DNA from: Camelus dromedarius
Taxonomy: Eukaryota
Assembly (NCBI RefSeq): GCF_036321535.1
Contig: NC_087437.1
Location: forward strand, 82,648,001 to 82,712,000
Length of the DNA stretch: 64,000 nt
Direction of reading: 5' to 3'
Positions within the stretch are counted from its first letter, which is position 1. The number at the start of each line of letters is the position of its first letter. Below are positions 25,295 through 37,389 of this stretch, piece after piece. A model generated the notes under the pieces. The model had not been told where the DNA came from, did not search any database, and worked only from the letters and a program-made list of their open reading frames with translations. The translations under genes were made by a program, and so were the position numbers.

Positions 25295-25946
25295 TGTTGC
25301 TGAAAGCTCCACCCCTGTCCCTGATGAGCTGAGTAACTCAGAGACAAGGTCTTAGAGCTTAGAAGAAAAGAGGCAGCTTCATTGCATTGCTGGGCAAAGG
25401 AGCCTCAGAGTAGGCTAGTGCCTTCAAAACTGTGAGCCCATCTTGGGGCTGGGGCTTAGTGATTATATAGATGAACAGGTTGGAGCATGAAAGGTGATAA
25501 CAACAGGTGGGAGCCTAAAAGGTGGTCATGATCAACAAGGGTCTCTGCTGAAACTTCCACCTAAATCTTGATGAGTCTGGTGTCATGGGACCTCCTGGTG
25601 GTCCGGAAGGTCATCATCCCGTGACCTTCTTTATCTGGTCAGACTCCTCTGGCGCTATGGAGGAACTCAGTGGCAGGGGTAGGGGGTCTGGTCATTTTCC
25701 TAAGGTTATCGTCCCATGACTCCCTTCCTGGGGAATGACTCCGATGCCAAACATGATTGTAAATTTTAATTATCAGAGTAGGGTAAAATTGAACAGTAGC
25801 ATCAATAATTTTAGTTTTAACTGTGGCCCTGGGGCTAGAAGCAGTATCCGGTCAGTCAGGTTTGCTGATCGTTCTAAAAGCAAGCAGTAAGCAGAAAGCC
25901 AAGAATTTGTTAGCCTAAGTGCAGCCATTTTATTATTTCTCCTTCA
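25295..25946 (-). mobile_element. ERV1-type solo LTR, 652 bp
   Basis: On the minus strand it begins TGAAGG and ends GCAACA. Flanks gtag/ctag (4-bp TSD, 1 mismatch). Antisense TATA 'ttatatag' at ~25463; internal U3 repeats. Confidence 0.8.
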
Positions 25947-27129
25947 CTAGTGCACCTTCTCATATATCTTTTATCTGTCTGACTTTATTTATTGCATAAG
26001 AAATAATGTGGGGGATGCAACAAGAAAAGAGGGAAATGGGAATATATCTTAAGGTGCAAGTTACCTAGGAATTTGAGATTTTTTCAATTTCAGTATCAAC
26101 TTTCCTCTGTGATTGTGGCAGGATATTTTGATTTAATTTTCTCAAAGTTGAGTTGAAAGCAGGTAAGTATGAATCTATGATCTCTGAAAATAATGAGCAG
26201 GTGATTGACCAAAAAATTCTTTTGATAACAAAGATCACAGCAAATCATAAAATCATAAATGATTCAGGATTTTGTTTTTTGTTTTTCTTTTCCTTTTCAC
26301 TTTACCAGGTTGCCATTTGTCTAATTCATTTTTTTTTTTTTTTTAATGACAAGGGCAAACTGTACCGAGTCTACTTAAATCTTAAGTTAAAGGAAGAGAT
26401 TCGTTCAATTGAATCAGGCACTTACAAAAAAGCAGAGTACTAGGGTGCGGCAGGCAGACATGAACAGATTAAGAAAAGAACATAACCACTAATATGAAAA
26501 GTTTGTGCTCTGAAAATTTCAGACAAAGTGCCTGGTCAGTGGAGGGGAGAGGGTTGTAGTTAGTGAGGAAAATCTACAAACTCAGCATTCATTTAGCTCA
26601 TTAGCCCAGGAAGATGCTGGCCTCACCTCTGAGATTCCATCAAGCACTCACTGTATCTACCCTTGCCACTTCGGCTATTTCTCCAGCTTAACTACCAGGA
26701 GTAGGGAGAAGCCAAAGACACGTGGAGTCCCAAAAAGGGAGGCAGTTCTGTCTAATTGTCTAAACTTTCTCTCAACCTATTCATATATTCTGCTAATTTA
26801 GATACTACATTGCAAAAAAGCCTAAAAATATGCATGTATAGTCCACTAAATATTCTTTTCTTGGTACTCAGAAGTTAAGCTTAGTGTATACTGTGCTGTT
26901 CTAAACCACCTAAATACTTCTAAGGCTGGTCCTCCATCCCCTGCACCCCCCAAAATTGTTTTTATCCTCAACCAGTCATCTTTATGAATACAGTATTCAG
27001 GACAAATAGATCTCATCAGTTTTACCCAATGCTACAGCCATCTATATTTTAAAATATATACAACTAAAAATAGATGAATATACCATAATTATATTCTTAT
27101 AATTCACAATATTCTATAAAGGAAAAAGT

Positions 27130-27255
27130 ACTGAAGAGGAAATCAGAAGAGGTGCTTTGATAGTGAGTCTCCCACTAACTAATCTTTTCCTCTCTGGGTT
27201 TCAGACTTATCTGTAAAATGGAAGTATTGCCATATGATCTATAAGTTACTTTTAT
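27130..27255 (+). mobile_element. MIR fragment
   Basis: 'cctctctgggtttcagacttatctgtaaaatggaagtattg'. Confidence 0.55.
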
Positions 27256-27369
27256 TATTGTTTGATATGCAAGAATTAGATTTATGCATCATGATGTAAT
27301 CTTCATGTCTCTTTTCATATGTAAAATATAGTCTTTTTTCCTGACCGATATCTATTCACTTCTGTTCAC

Positions 27370-28105
27370 TTCCTCCTCGTTACTCCAGGCCAACATCATC
27401 TCTTACTTGGATGACACAACAGCTTTCTAACAGTTCCACATCCTTCCATTCTTGTCTCCTTCCAAACTTCTGCCTACACAGAAGCAAGTGATCTTAAGCA
27501 GAAGCTGCATGATGTTAAGTTCCAGCTTAAAAGGCCTCAATGGCTTCCTATTGCATTTAAAATAAAATTGCCCTACAAGATAACCTGATAGGTCCTACAT
27601 GACAACCCCAGCCCACTTGTCCAATCTCACCTTTCCCTGACTTTCTCTCCCCTTACAGTGCTTCAGCTACATTGCCTTCTTTTCACTTTCAAGAACTTAC
27701 TAAGCTGTTTTCTATTTCTGGACTTTTGCATATGTCCTTCCCTCTATCTGACTCACTCCTCAGTCTTCATGTAGTCATCTCCTTCTCATCCCTGGAGTTT
27801 TAACTAAATAAAACATTAACTCAAATGCCACCTCCATAGATAAGCCTCCCCTGATGTTTCTACCAAAATTATTGCTCCTCTCTCCTATTGTTTTCTTTCT
27901 CAGTATCTTGTTTATTTTATTCATCAATCTTATAAAAAATTTGTTGTTATTTAATTTATCTATGTATTGGATTTTGGTTTGGCCTCCATCACTAGATTGT
28001 CTTTCTGTATGTGTTTGTCCTGTTCAGCACAGCATCCGTGCCTAGCATGGTATCTAGTACATAGTAGACATTCAATAAATATCTGCTGAATGAACTAGTG
28101 AATCC
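27370..28105 (+). mobile_element. L2 3' portion
   Basis: 'ccaggccaacatcatctcttacttgga', 'aaaggcctcaatggcttcctattgc', end 'gcctagcatggtatctagtacatagtagacattcaataaatatctgctgaatgaac'. Confidence 0.9.
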
Positions 28106-30993
28106 AGAACGACTGAGGCTACTGGGGGCTACTTCTTTCTTTGCTGCTATGTGTCATCTGTGTGGTATGTATATCATGTGCACAGAATCCTTAATACACA
28201 GAGAGAGGACAGTGACCTAAGCTGAGTGGAAGAAGTAATTGAAGGTTGATCCAAAGTGGCTAAGAAGCATTGCTCTCCCTTCTCAGATGTGGGATTACCC
28301 TGTTCCATGTGTGGGAGCCAGGTGCCCCCCTGAGCCCTTTTCTGGATCTACCACCATGTGCCCTGATTTTAAGCAGTTGGAAGTGTCTCACTCTTGAGCT
28401 GAAAAGCATGAAAGAAGCAATCATTTCCAGGCTTTCTCTACAGTCTGCCTTTATTTTCTCCAAGAGGGCAGAAATGTCAGGGATGGATAGGGGGGTTTCC
28501 CCTTTTAGTCAGTGCTTTGCAAATGCCTATTACCTGGCAAAGAAAGTTGAAAGAAGCATATTTGTTATGAAACAACGATGATGTGAATCCCACCCTCTGC
28601 ACCCTATGAAAGTTCCTTAGAAACTAGAATATAGCAGCTCCTTCCATATTCCTTCATAAAAACAAATCTCAAGCATTTGGCAGTTACTTCTCTGGGAAAA
28701 TGCTCTGCCTCCAACTCCCAAACCTAACACTTCAGTTCTGTCACGTCAGGGAATAGTTTTTCTTTTCATCATCACAATCATTTCCTTTTCATCATGAGTC
28801 GGTTATATAATTAAAGTGATTAACTGCTTTAAAATTGAAATGTGAATCTTTTCTTTTATTAGCAATTATTGACAGGCAACGGCCATCTCATTGCCATGAT
28901 AAATTTCTCAGTTCTATGTCCCTGGGAACACTTCTAAAAGTGTTTAACTATAAATTCTGTCAAACTTTGTTTAATTATTTGAAATGGATTCATTATCTCT
29001 TGTGGAAACTTCCTATCAGTTAAACACTCACAATTCCATTTCACTTGGTTCAGATGTGATATCAACAGCAAAATTTCATTCAACTCATTGAAAGCAAAAG
29101 CTTCCAATCATCCCAGATAGAATAGATCATCCTAGACAGAATCTTCCTACTCACCTGAGTAACCAGTGATTTTCCTGATAGAGTAAAAGATAAAGAGTTC
29201 AAAATAATGGCCATAAGGGTTCACTGAGGTCAGGAGACCATGCATGAACAAAATGAGAGTTTTAGCAAAAAGAAAGAAAATGTTTAAAAACACTAAATAG
29301 AAATCACAGAAATGAAGAATAGAACAACTTAATTGAAAAATTCAGTAGAGGGATTCAACAGCAGACTAGATCCAAAGAAGAAAGGATCAGTGAACTGGAA
29401 TACAGGGCAGTGGAGCTCATGCAATCAAAGGAGCAAAAAGAAAACAAAAGAATGAAAAAGAGTGAAGGTAGCTTAGGGGACTTATGGCACAGCATCAAGA
29501 AAATCGACATTTGCATTACAGAAATCCCAGAAAGAAAAGAAAGACAGAAAGGGGCAGAATGCTTCTGTAAAAAATATAATGACTAAAAATATCCCTACCC
29601 TGGTACAACAAACAGATACCTAGAAATAGGAAACACAGAGAATTTGAAATAACATAAATCACAAAAGACCCACAATAAGAGACACATTATAATTAAATTG
29701 TCAAAATTAAACACAAGGAGAAAATCTAAAAACAGCAAGAAGAACTCGTTACACACAAGAGAATCCCCCACAAGACGATAAGCAGATTTTCAACAGAATC
29801 TTTACAGGCCAGGAGTGGTATGATACATTCAGGTGCTTAAGAAAAACAAAAAACAAAAAAAACTCCCAACCAAGAATACTCTATCTGGCAAAGTTATGCT
29901 TCAGAGTTGAGGGAGAGATAGAAATTTATGAACAAGGAAAAGCTGAAAGAGTTCATCATCACTAATTCAGCCTTAGAAAAAATGTTAAAGGGACTTCAAG
30001 CTGGAACTAAAAGATGCTAATTAGTAATAGAAAAACATAGTATAAATCTTACTGGTAGAGGTAAATACACAGTTAAATTCAGAATACTCTAATACTGTAA
30101 TGGTGGTGGGAAAATCACTTATAACTCCAGTATAATGATTAAAAGACGGAAGTATCAAAAATATTCATAACAAACAATAATTTATTTATGGATACACAAT
30201 GCAAAAGATAAACTGTGACATCAAAAACATAAAATGTTGGGAGGTATAGAAATGTACTACTTTTCTATATGTTCTGAGTTAAATTGTTATTAGTTTAAAG
30301 TAAACTGTTATAAATTTAAGGTGTTTTTGTAAGCCTCATGGTAACCAAAACAAAATTTATACATAAAAGAGTAAGAGAAAGGAATCGAAACACACCACTA
30401 GAGAAAGTAATCAAACCACAAAGGAAGAGGACAAGAAAGAAACAAGGAAATTAAAAACAACCAGAAACCAATTAACAAAACAGCAATAGTAAGTTCATAA
30501 CTATCAATAATTACTTTAAATGAAAGTAGACTAAATTCTCCAATTAAAAGACGTAGAGTGGCTGAGTGGATAAAATAAGATACAGTTATGTGCTGCCTAC
30601 AAGAAACTCACCTAAGTTTTAAGGAATTACACAGACTGAAAATGAAGGATTGGAAAAAGATATTACATGCAAATGAAAACTGAAAGAAAGCAGGGATTAC
30701 TATATGTCTATCAATCAAAATAGACTTTAACCCAAATGTTGTAATAAGAGCTAAAGAGAGTTATATAATGATAAAGGAGTCAATTTGTCAAGAGGCTGTA
30801 ACGTTTAAAAGTATTTATGCACTCAACATGAGCACCTAAAAATATAAGACAAATATTAGCATATCTGAAGGGAGAAACAGACAGCAATATAACAATGTAG
30901 AAGACTTCAACACCCTTTCAACAATGGATAGATCATCCAGGCAGAAAATCAATAAGGAAACATTGGATTTAAACTACACATTAAAAAAAAAAA

Positions 30994-31320
30994 CTTAGTG
31001 AATATACACTTAAGATTTGTGTATTTCATCATATGTAAACATTATCTGACAAGAAATGAGACAAAACAAATATTGAACTCTAGTTAATTATATACATGCT
31101 GAAGTATTTAGGGGAAAGAGTACTGATGTCATTTACCTTGAAATACATTTAAAAATAAGGTTGATTGATGGCTGGCTGGAAGAATAGGCAGTTGGATAGG
31201 TATGTTATAAAGGAAGGAGAATAAAATGTTAACAGCAGAAGCTTGGTGGTGGTGAGAATCATGTTCACTATAAAATTCTTTCAACTTTGTTGTATATTTG
31301 AAATTTGTAATAATAAAATG
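30994..31320 (+). mobile_element. L1MC-like (L1MC4-type) 3' end
   Basis: 'cacttaagatttgtgtatttca', 'catgctgaagtatttagggga', 'atgttcactataaaattctttcaactttgttgtatatttgaaattt..aataaaatg'. Confidence 0.75.
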
Positions 31321-31324
31321 ATGA

Positions 31325-31867
31325 ATTCCACTTCTAGGTATATGCCAAAAGAAGTGAAAACATACATCCACAGAAAAACTTGTACATGAATGTTCATATA
31401 AACATTAGTCATGACAGCCAAGAAGTGGAAACAACCCAAATGTGCATCAGATGATGAATGGATAAACAAAATGTGGTATAGCTGCACAATATTATTTGAC
31501 AATAAAAAATGATATACCAATACATGCTACAACATGGATGGTCCATCAGAACATGATGCTAAGTGAAAGAAGCCACTCACAAAAGACTAAATATTATATG
31601 ACTCCATTTGTATGAAATGTCCACAGTAAACAATTACGTAGAGACAGGAATTATATTAGAGTTTGCATTGGGAGTTAGAGGGAAACAGGGACTGACTTTT
31701 AAGGGATGTGGGGTTTCTTTTGAGGGTGATAAACATGTTCTAAAATTGTGGAGATGATTGCGAAACTGAATATATTAAAAGCCACTGAACTGTACAGTTT
31801 AAATGGGTGAATTTTATGATATGTGAACTGTAGTTCAATAAAACTGATATAAAAATATTTTAAAAAA
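31325..31867 (+). mobile_element. L1MB-like (L1MB7/8-type) 3' end
   Basis: 'aaaacatacatccacagaaaaacttgtacatgaatgttcata', 'ggggtttcttttgagggtgataaacatgttctaaaattg', 'ccactgaactgtacagtttaaatgggtgaattttatg', AATAAA at 31837-31842. Confidence 0.8.
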
Positions 31868-32467
31868 TAAACTACACATTAGACCAGATAGACTTAATAG
31901 ACATTAACCGAATATTTTTTTCAGCAACAGGATGCACATTCCTCTTAAGTGCACATGCAGCATTCTTCAGGAAAGATCATACATTAGGCCACAAAAAAAG
32001 TCTTAATAAATTTTAAAAGATTGAAATCATATCAGGCATCTTTTCCAAACACAGTGGTATGAAACTAGAAATCAATTACATGAAGAAGACTGGAAAATTA
32101 AAAGATATGTGGAGGTTAAACAGCATGCTACTGAACAACCAACAGGTCAAAGCAGAAATCAAAAGAGAAATCGAGAAGTATCTTAAGACAAATGAAAATG
32201 GAAACACAACGTAAACTTACAGGGTGCAGCCAAAGCTGTTCAAAGAGGGAAGTTTATAGCAATAAATTCCTACATCAAGAAGAAAGAAAGAACTTACAAC
32301 TTAACTTTATACCTCATGGAACTAGAAAACAGAAAAACAAAGCCCAAAGTTAGTAGCAAAGAAATAACAAAGATAAGAATAGAAATAAAAAAACAAAAAG
32401 AAAATAGAAAATCTCAATAAAACTGAGCTGGTTTTTTTGAAAGATAATTAAATTAAAATTTTAGCTA

Positions 32468-34070
32468 TGTTTTAGAGTTCCATTTTCTCCACATTCTTGC
32501 CAACACTTGTTATTTCTTGTCTTTTTGATAATAGCCATTATAACAGATGTGAGGTGAAAAAATAAAAAACAAAATAAAAAAAACAGGTGTGAGGTGATAA
32601 TTGTATTGTGGTTTTGGTTTGCATTTCCCTGATGATTAGTGCTGTTGAGTACCTTTTCATGTGTCTGTTGACCATTTGTATGTCTATTGGAAAAATGTCT
32701 ATGTAGGTCCTCTGCCCATTTTTGAATCTATATTTTTTTCTGATGTTGAGTTCTATGTGATTTTTATATATTTTGGATGTTAACTACTTATTGGATATAT
32801 TATTTGCAAATACTTTCTCTCATTCAGTAGATTGCCTTTTATTTTGTGGATGATTTTTTTTTGCTATGCAGAAGCTTTTTAGTTTGATGTAGTCCCACTT
32901 GTTAAGTTTTTATTAATTGCCTTGCTTTTGGAGTCAGGTCAAAAAACTCAGCACCAAGACTGATGTCAAGGAGCTTACTGCCTATGTTTTCTTCAAGGAG
33001 TATTATTGTTTCAGGTCTTAGATACAAATCTTTAATCCATTTTGAGTTAATGTTTATGTACAGTGTAAGACAGCAGTCTAATTTCATTCTTTTTCATGTG
33101 GCTTTCCAGTTTTTCCAACACCCATTTATTGAAAGGGCTGTCTTTTTCCCACTGTGTATTCTTGGCTCCTTTGTCATAAATTAATTGATGATATATGAGA
33201 GGGTTTATTTCTGAGCTCTCCTTACTGTTCCATTGGTCTATGTGTCTGTTTTTAACGTTAATACCATACTGTTTTGATTACTATAGCCTCGTAATATAGG
33301 TGGGGATGTAAATTGGTGCACCTACTATGGAAAACAGTATGGATGTTCCTCAAAATATTAAAACTGTAATTACCATATAATCTAGCAATTCTCTGGGTAT
33401 TTATCTGAAGAAATTAGTAAATTAGTTCAGAAAGATATATGAACTCTCATGTTCCTTTCAACATTATTTACAATACCCAAGATATGGAAACAACCTAAGT
33501 GTCCATCTTGTGGTGTGTGTATGTATGTAGGTGTGCGTGTACATACAATGAAATACTACTCAGCCACAAACAAAAAATGGAATCTTGCTGTTTTCCACAA
33601 CAGGGATTGATCTTGATGGCATTATACTAAGTAGAATAAGTCAGACAGAGAAAGTCAAACACCATATGATATCACTTATATGTGGAATCTAAACAAACAA
33701 ATATAAACAAAACCAAAAATACCAAGCTCATATATACAAGGAACAGACTGATGTTTGACAGAGTGAGGGATGCAATTTGGGTGAAGGGGTTAAAATGTAA
33801 AAAAAAATCCAGTTATATAATAAATAAATCATGAGGATGTAATATACAGCATGGTGGCTATAGTTAATAATACTATATTGTATATTTGAAAGTTACTGAG
33901 AGAGTAAATCTTAAAAGTTCTCATCACATGGTAATGGAAGGTAGTTAGACTTATGTTGGTGATCATTTGAAAGTGTATACAAATATTGAATCATTATGTC
34001 ATATACATGAAATGAATGTTATATGACAGTTATAACTTAATTTTTAAATTGTGAAAATAAAACATTCAGA
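32468..34070. mobile_element. Twin-primed L1: inverted segment (~32475-33298, minus) plus sense 3' end (~33299-34070)
   Basis: Antisense ORF2 C-terminal piece ([20 protein letters not shown] on the minus strand) joined to sense 'ggtggggatgtaaattggtgc...' and a 3' UTR. The host L1 resumes at 'tttagcta'. Confidence 0.88.
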
Positions 34071-37000
34071 AAATTAAAAGGACACTTTAGCTAAATCCTC
34101 CAAGAAGAAAGAAGATTCAAATAAAATCAGAGATGAAAGAGGAGACAGTACAACTGATACCACACAAATGCAAAGAATCTTAAGACACTACTGTGAAAAA
34201 GTATACACCAACAAATTAGACATACTAGACGAAATTTTCAAAAGTGATAGAAACATACAACCTGTCAAAACTGAATCATAAAGAAATAGAAATCCAAACA
34301 GGCCATTTATTAGTAAAGGGATTAAATAATAATCAAAAACCTCTCAAACAAAGAAAAGTTCAGGACCAGATGGCTTCACTGTGAATTCCACCAAACATTT
34401 AATGAAGAATTAATAGCAATCTTTCTCAAACTTTTCCAAAAAAATAGAATAGAAAGGAACATTCCCAAATTCATTTTATGAGGCCAGCATTACACTGATA
34501 CCAAAAACAGACAAGGATGCCACAAGAAGAGAAGTTATAAGCAATACACTTGATAAACATAGATTCAACAATTCTTACTAAAATATTAGTAAACTGAATT
34601 CAACAGTCCATTAAGAAAATTGTATGCCATGATCAAGTGGGGTTTAGTCCAGGGATACAAGGATGATCCAACATCTGCAAATCAGTGTGATACACAACAT
34701 TAACAAAATGAAAGATAAAAATCATATAATCTTCTCAATCTATGCAGGAGATGCATTTGATAAAATTGAATATCCTTTCATGATAACTCAACAAATTGGG
34801 GATTGAGGGAAAATATCTCGATTTAATACAGGCCATATATGACAAGCCCAGAGCTAACATCATACTCAAAGGTAAAAAGCTGAAATCTCTTCCTCTAAGA
34901 TCAGGAACAAGACAAGGATGACCCCTCTCACCTTTTTTATTCAACATAGCACTGATAGTCTTAGCCACAGTGATTAGGTAAGAAAAAGAAGGAAAAGACA
35001 TCCAAATTGGAATAAAGAAGTGAAATTGTCTCTATTTGGAGATGTAATAATAGTATATATAGAGAACTATGAACTCCACCAGAAAACTGTTAGAACTAAT
35101 ATACATATTCAGTAACTCTGCAGGATGCAAAATCAATATACAAAAATGAGTTGCATTTCTATACACTAACAATGAAGTATGTGAAAGAGAAATTAAGAAA
35201 ATAATCCCATTTAAAAGTACATCAAAAGTAATAAAATACTAAGGAATGGATTTAACCAAGGAGGTAAAAATATCTATAAACTGAGAAGTATAACATTGAA
35301 AAAAGAAGCTGAAGAAGACACAAATAAATGGCAAGATATGCAAGATATTTTGTGCTCATGGATTGGGAGAATTAATAATGTTAAAGTGTCCATACTACCC
35401 AAAGCCATCTATAGATTAAGTGTAATCGTTATGAATCCTCCAGTGGAATTCTTCACAGAAATAGAAAAAAGAATCCTAAAATTTGCGTGGAATCACAAAA
35501 GACCCCAAATAGCCAAAGCAATCTTGAGTAAAAAGTCAAACCTGGAGCATCCAATTTCCCTATGGCAAACTATGTGACAAAGCTAGAGTAATAAAAAAAA
35601 TATGGTACTGGCATAAAAGTAGACACATAGACCAATAGAACAGAATGGAGCGAAATAAACCCCTACATAATACAGTCGACTAATATTTGAAAAGGGAGTC
35701 AGGAATACTGAATGGAGAAAGGACAATCTCTTCAATAAATGGTGCTGGAAAAATTGGATAATACATGCAAAAGAATTAAACTGGACCCTTAACTAATACC
35801 ATACACAAAAATCAACTCAAAATAGATTAAAAACTTGAAGATAAACAAAAACCATAAAAATCTTAGAAAGAAAGCACAGGGATAGGCTCCTTGAAATTGG
35901 TCTTGGCAATAATTTTTTTGATCTAACACCAAAAGCAAAGGCAACAAAAACAAATAAACAAGTAGGACTACATCAAACTAAAAAGCTTCTGTACAGCAGT
36001 AGAAACTTTGAGTTATAAGATGAATAATTTCTAGGGGTCTAATGTACAGGTTGGTGATTATAGTTAGTAATACTGTATTATATACTTAAAAGTGGCTAAG
36101 AGAGTAAATCTAAATGTCACCATAAAAAATGATATTTATGTGACATGAGAGCAGTGTTAGCTAATGTTAAGGTGGCATCATTTGCAATGTATAACTGTAT
36201 CAATTTAACACCTTGTAACTTACAGAAGGTTATATGTCTGTCTATATCTCAATAAGACTGGGGAAACAATAGTTTAACCTGAGAACTACAAGAGCCTTCC
36301 ACGTACATGTACTTATAAAAAATTTTGAGGGGAGATGGATCACAGCTTCTATTATATTCTCAAAGAAATTTATAGCCCCATAAAGATTAAGAACAACTGC
36401 CCTGGAATTTGGGGCAAATACCTAGATAAATAAAAGTAAAAATAAAAACATTTTTCTATATCACTCAAGACTCTATAAAGCAGGCCCATGAAAATAATCC
36501 TTAACTAAATTTTAAAAATAAATGTTTCCAAGGAAAGGTTAGAGAAAACATAGATGTCTCAAGCAAAATTTAGAAGGATTAAAATGAAAGAAGTGCAGAT
36601 CCTGCAGACAAAACATTCAGGCTGAGTGCCCTCCCCCCAACTCTAGACTTCCAGTTGTTTTTGGATACCTGTCCCAAGCCTTCACATAAGTTTTTCCAAT
36701 GGAATAATTCCACAAGGATAAAATTAGAAATGTATTTATTATTTTCCTTGGAAGATTATTTTTTACGTACAATTAAACTGAGCCACTTTTAAGAGCGGCA
36801 TGTACTACAAGCAAAAAGCTCAGACTGCAAGACTGTTTAGAAACAGTCCCCCTTTCTTAATGAAATTTAAATTCCTCTCAAATGAGACTACCTTTCTTTC
36901 ATGTGACAGGCTGTTACTCAGCCAACCTCTGGAAAGGTTTGGAAAGTTCAGAAGATCATTTCTACCCTGAAGCTGAATGTATGTGGTGTATTAAAAACCA

Positions 37001-37389
37001 AGGCATCTTAGAAAAGGAAAGACAATGAGTTATTTGTACTTTGGAGAGCTAGCTTACATGAGATTCCACCAGAGAATTTTAGGAAAGGATCCACATCCAT
37101 GCTTAAGAGAAAAGTATATAAATTATATCTTTCACTTTCAAATAAAATTTAGAGACATTTTTGGAGTTAGTTATTTGTTAGACCCATATATTTACTCAAC
37201 TGATTTTTTATATTGTTCTGTAAATTAGGGCACTTTTATTCAGTTGTGTGGAACTTGGGATTTTATTAAAATTTTTCTTTTATAAGAAACCTCCATCTAC
37301 TTTCCTATATAGCACATTCCTGAAAAATGTTGAAAGTTAAACATCTGAAATTTGATCAATAGACATATACAGTATAATTCTGGCTCTAA

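Larger units (their letters stand above)
29170..36265 (+). mobile_element. Long L1 (ORF1, ORF2, L1MA-like 3' UTR), interrupted by nested insertions at ~30984-31867 and ~32468-34070
   Basis: ORF1-like 29.2-30.0 kb; endonuclease region ('ataattactttaaatgaaagtagactaaattctccaattaaaagac', 'tgctgcctacaagaaactcac'); RT region 34.1-36.0 kb ([24 protein letters not shown]); 3' UTR 36007-36265. Confidence 0.93.

Noticed and set aside
26122..26168. Consensus donor CAG|GTAAGT with nearby acceptors
   Set aside because: Isolated, with ambiguous acceptors giving 15 or 41 nt; expected by chance.
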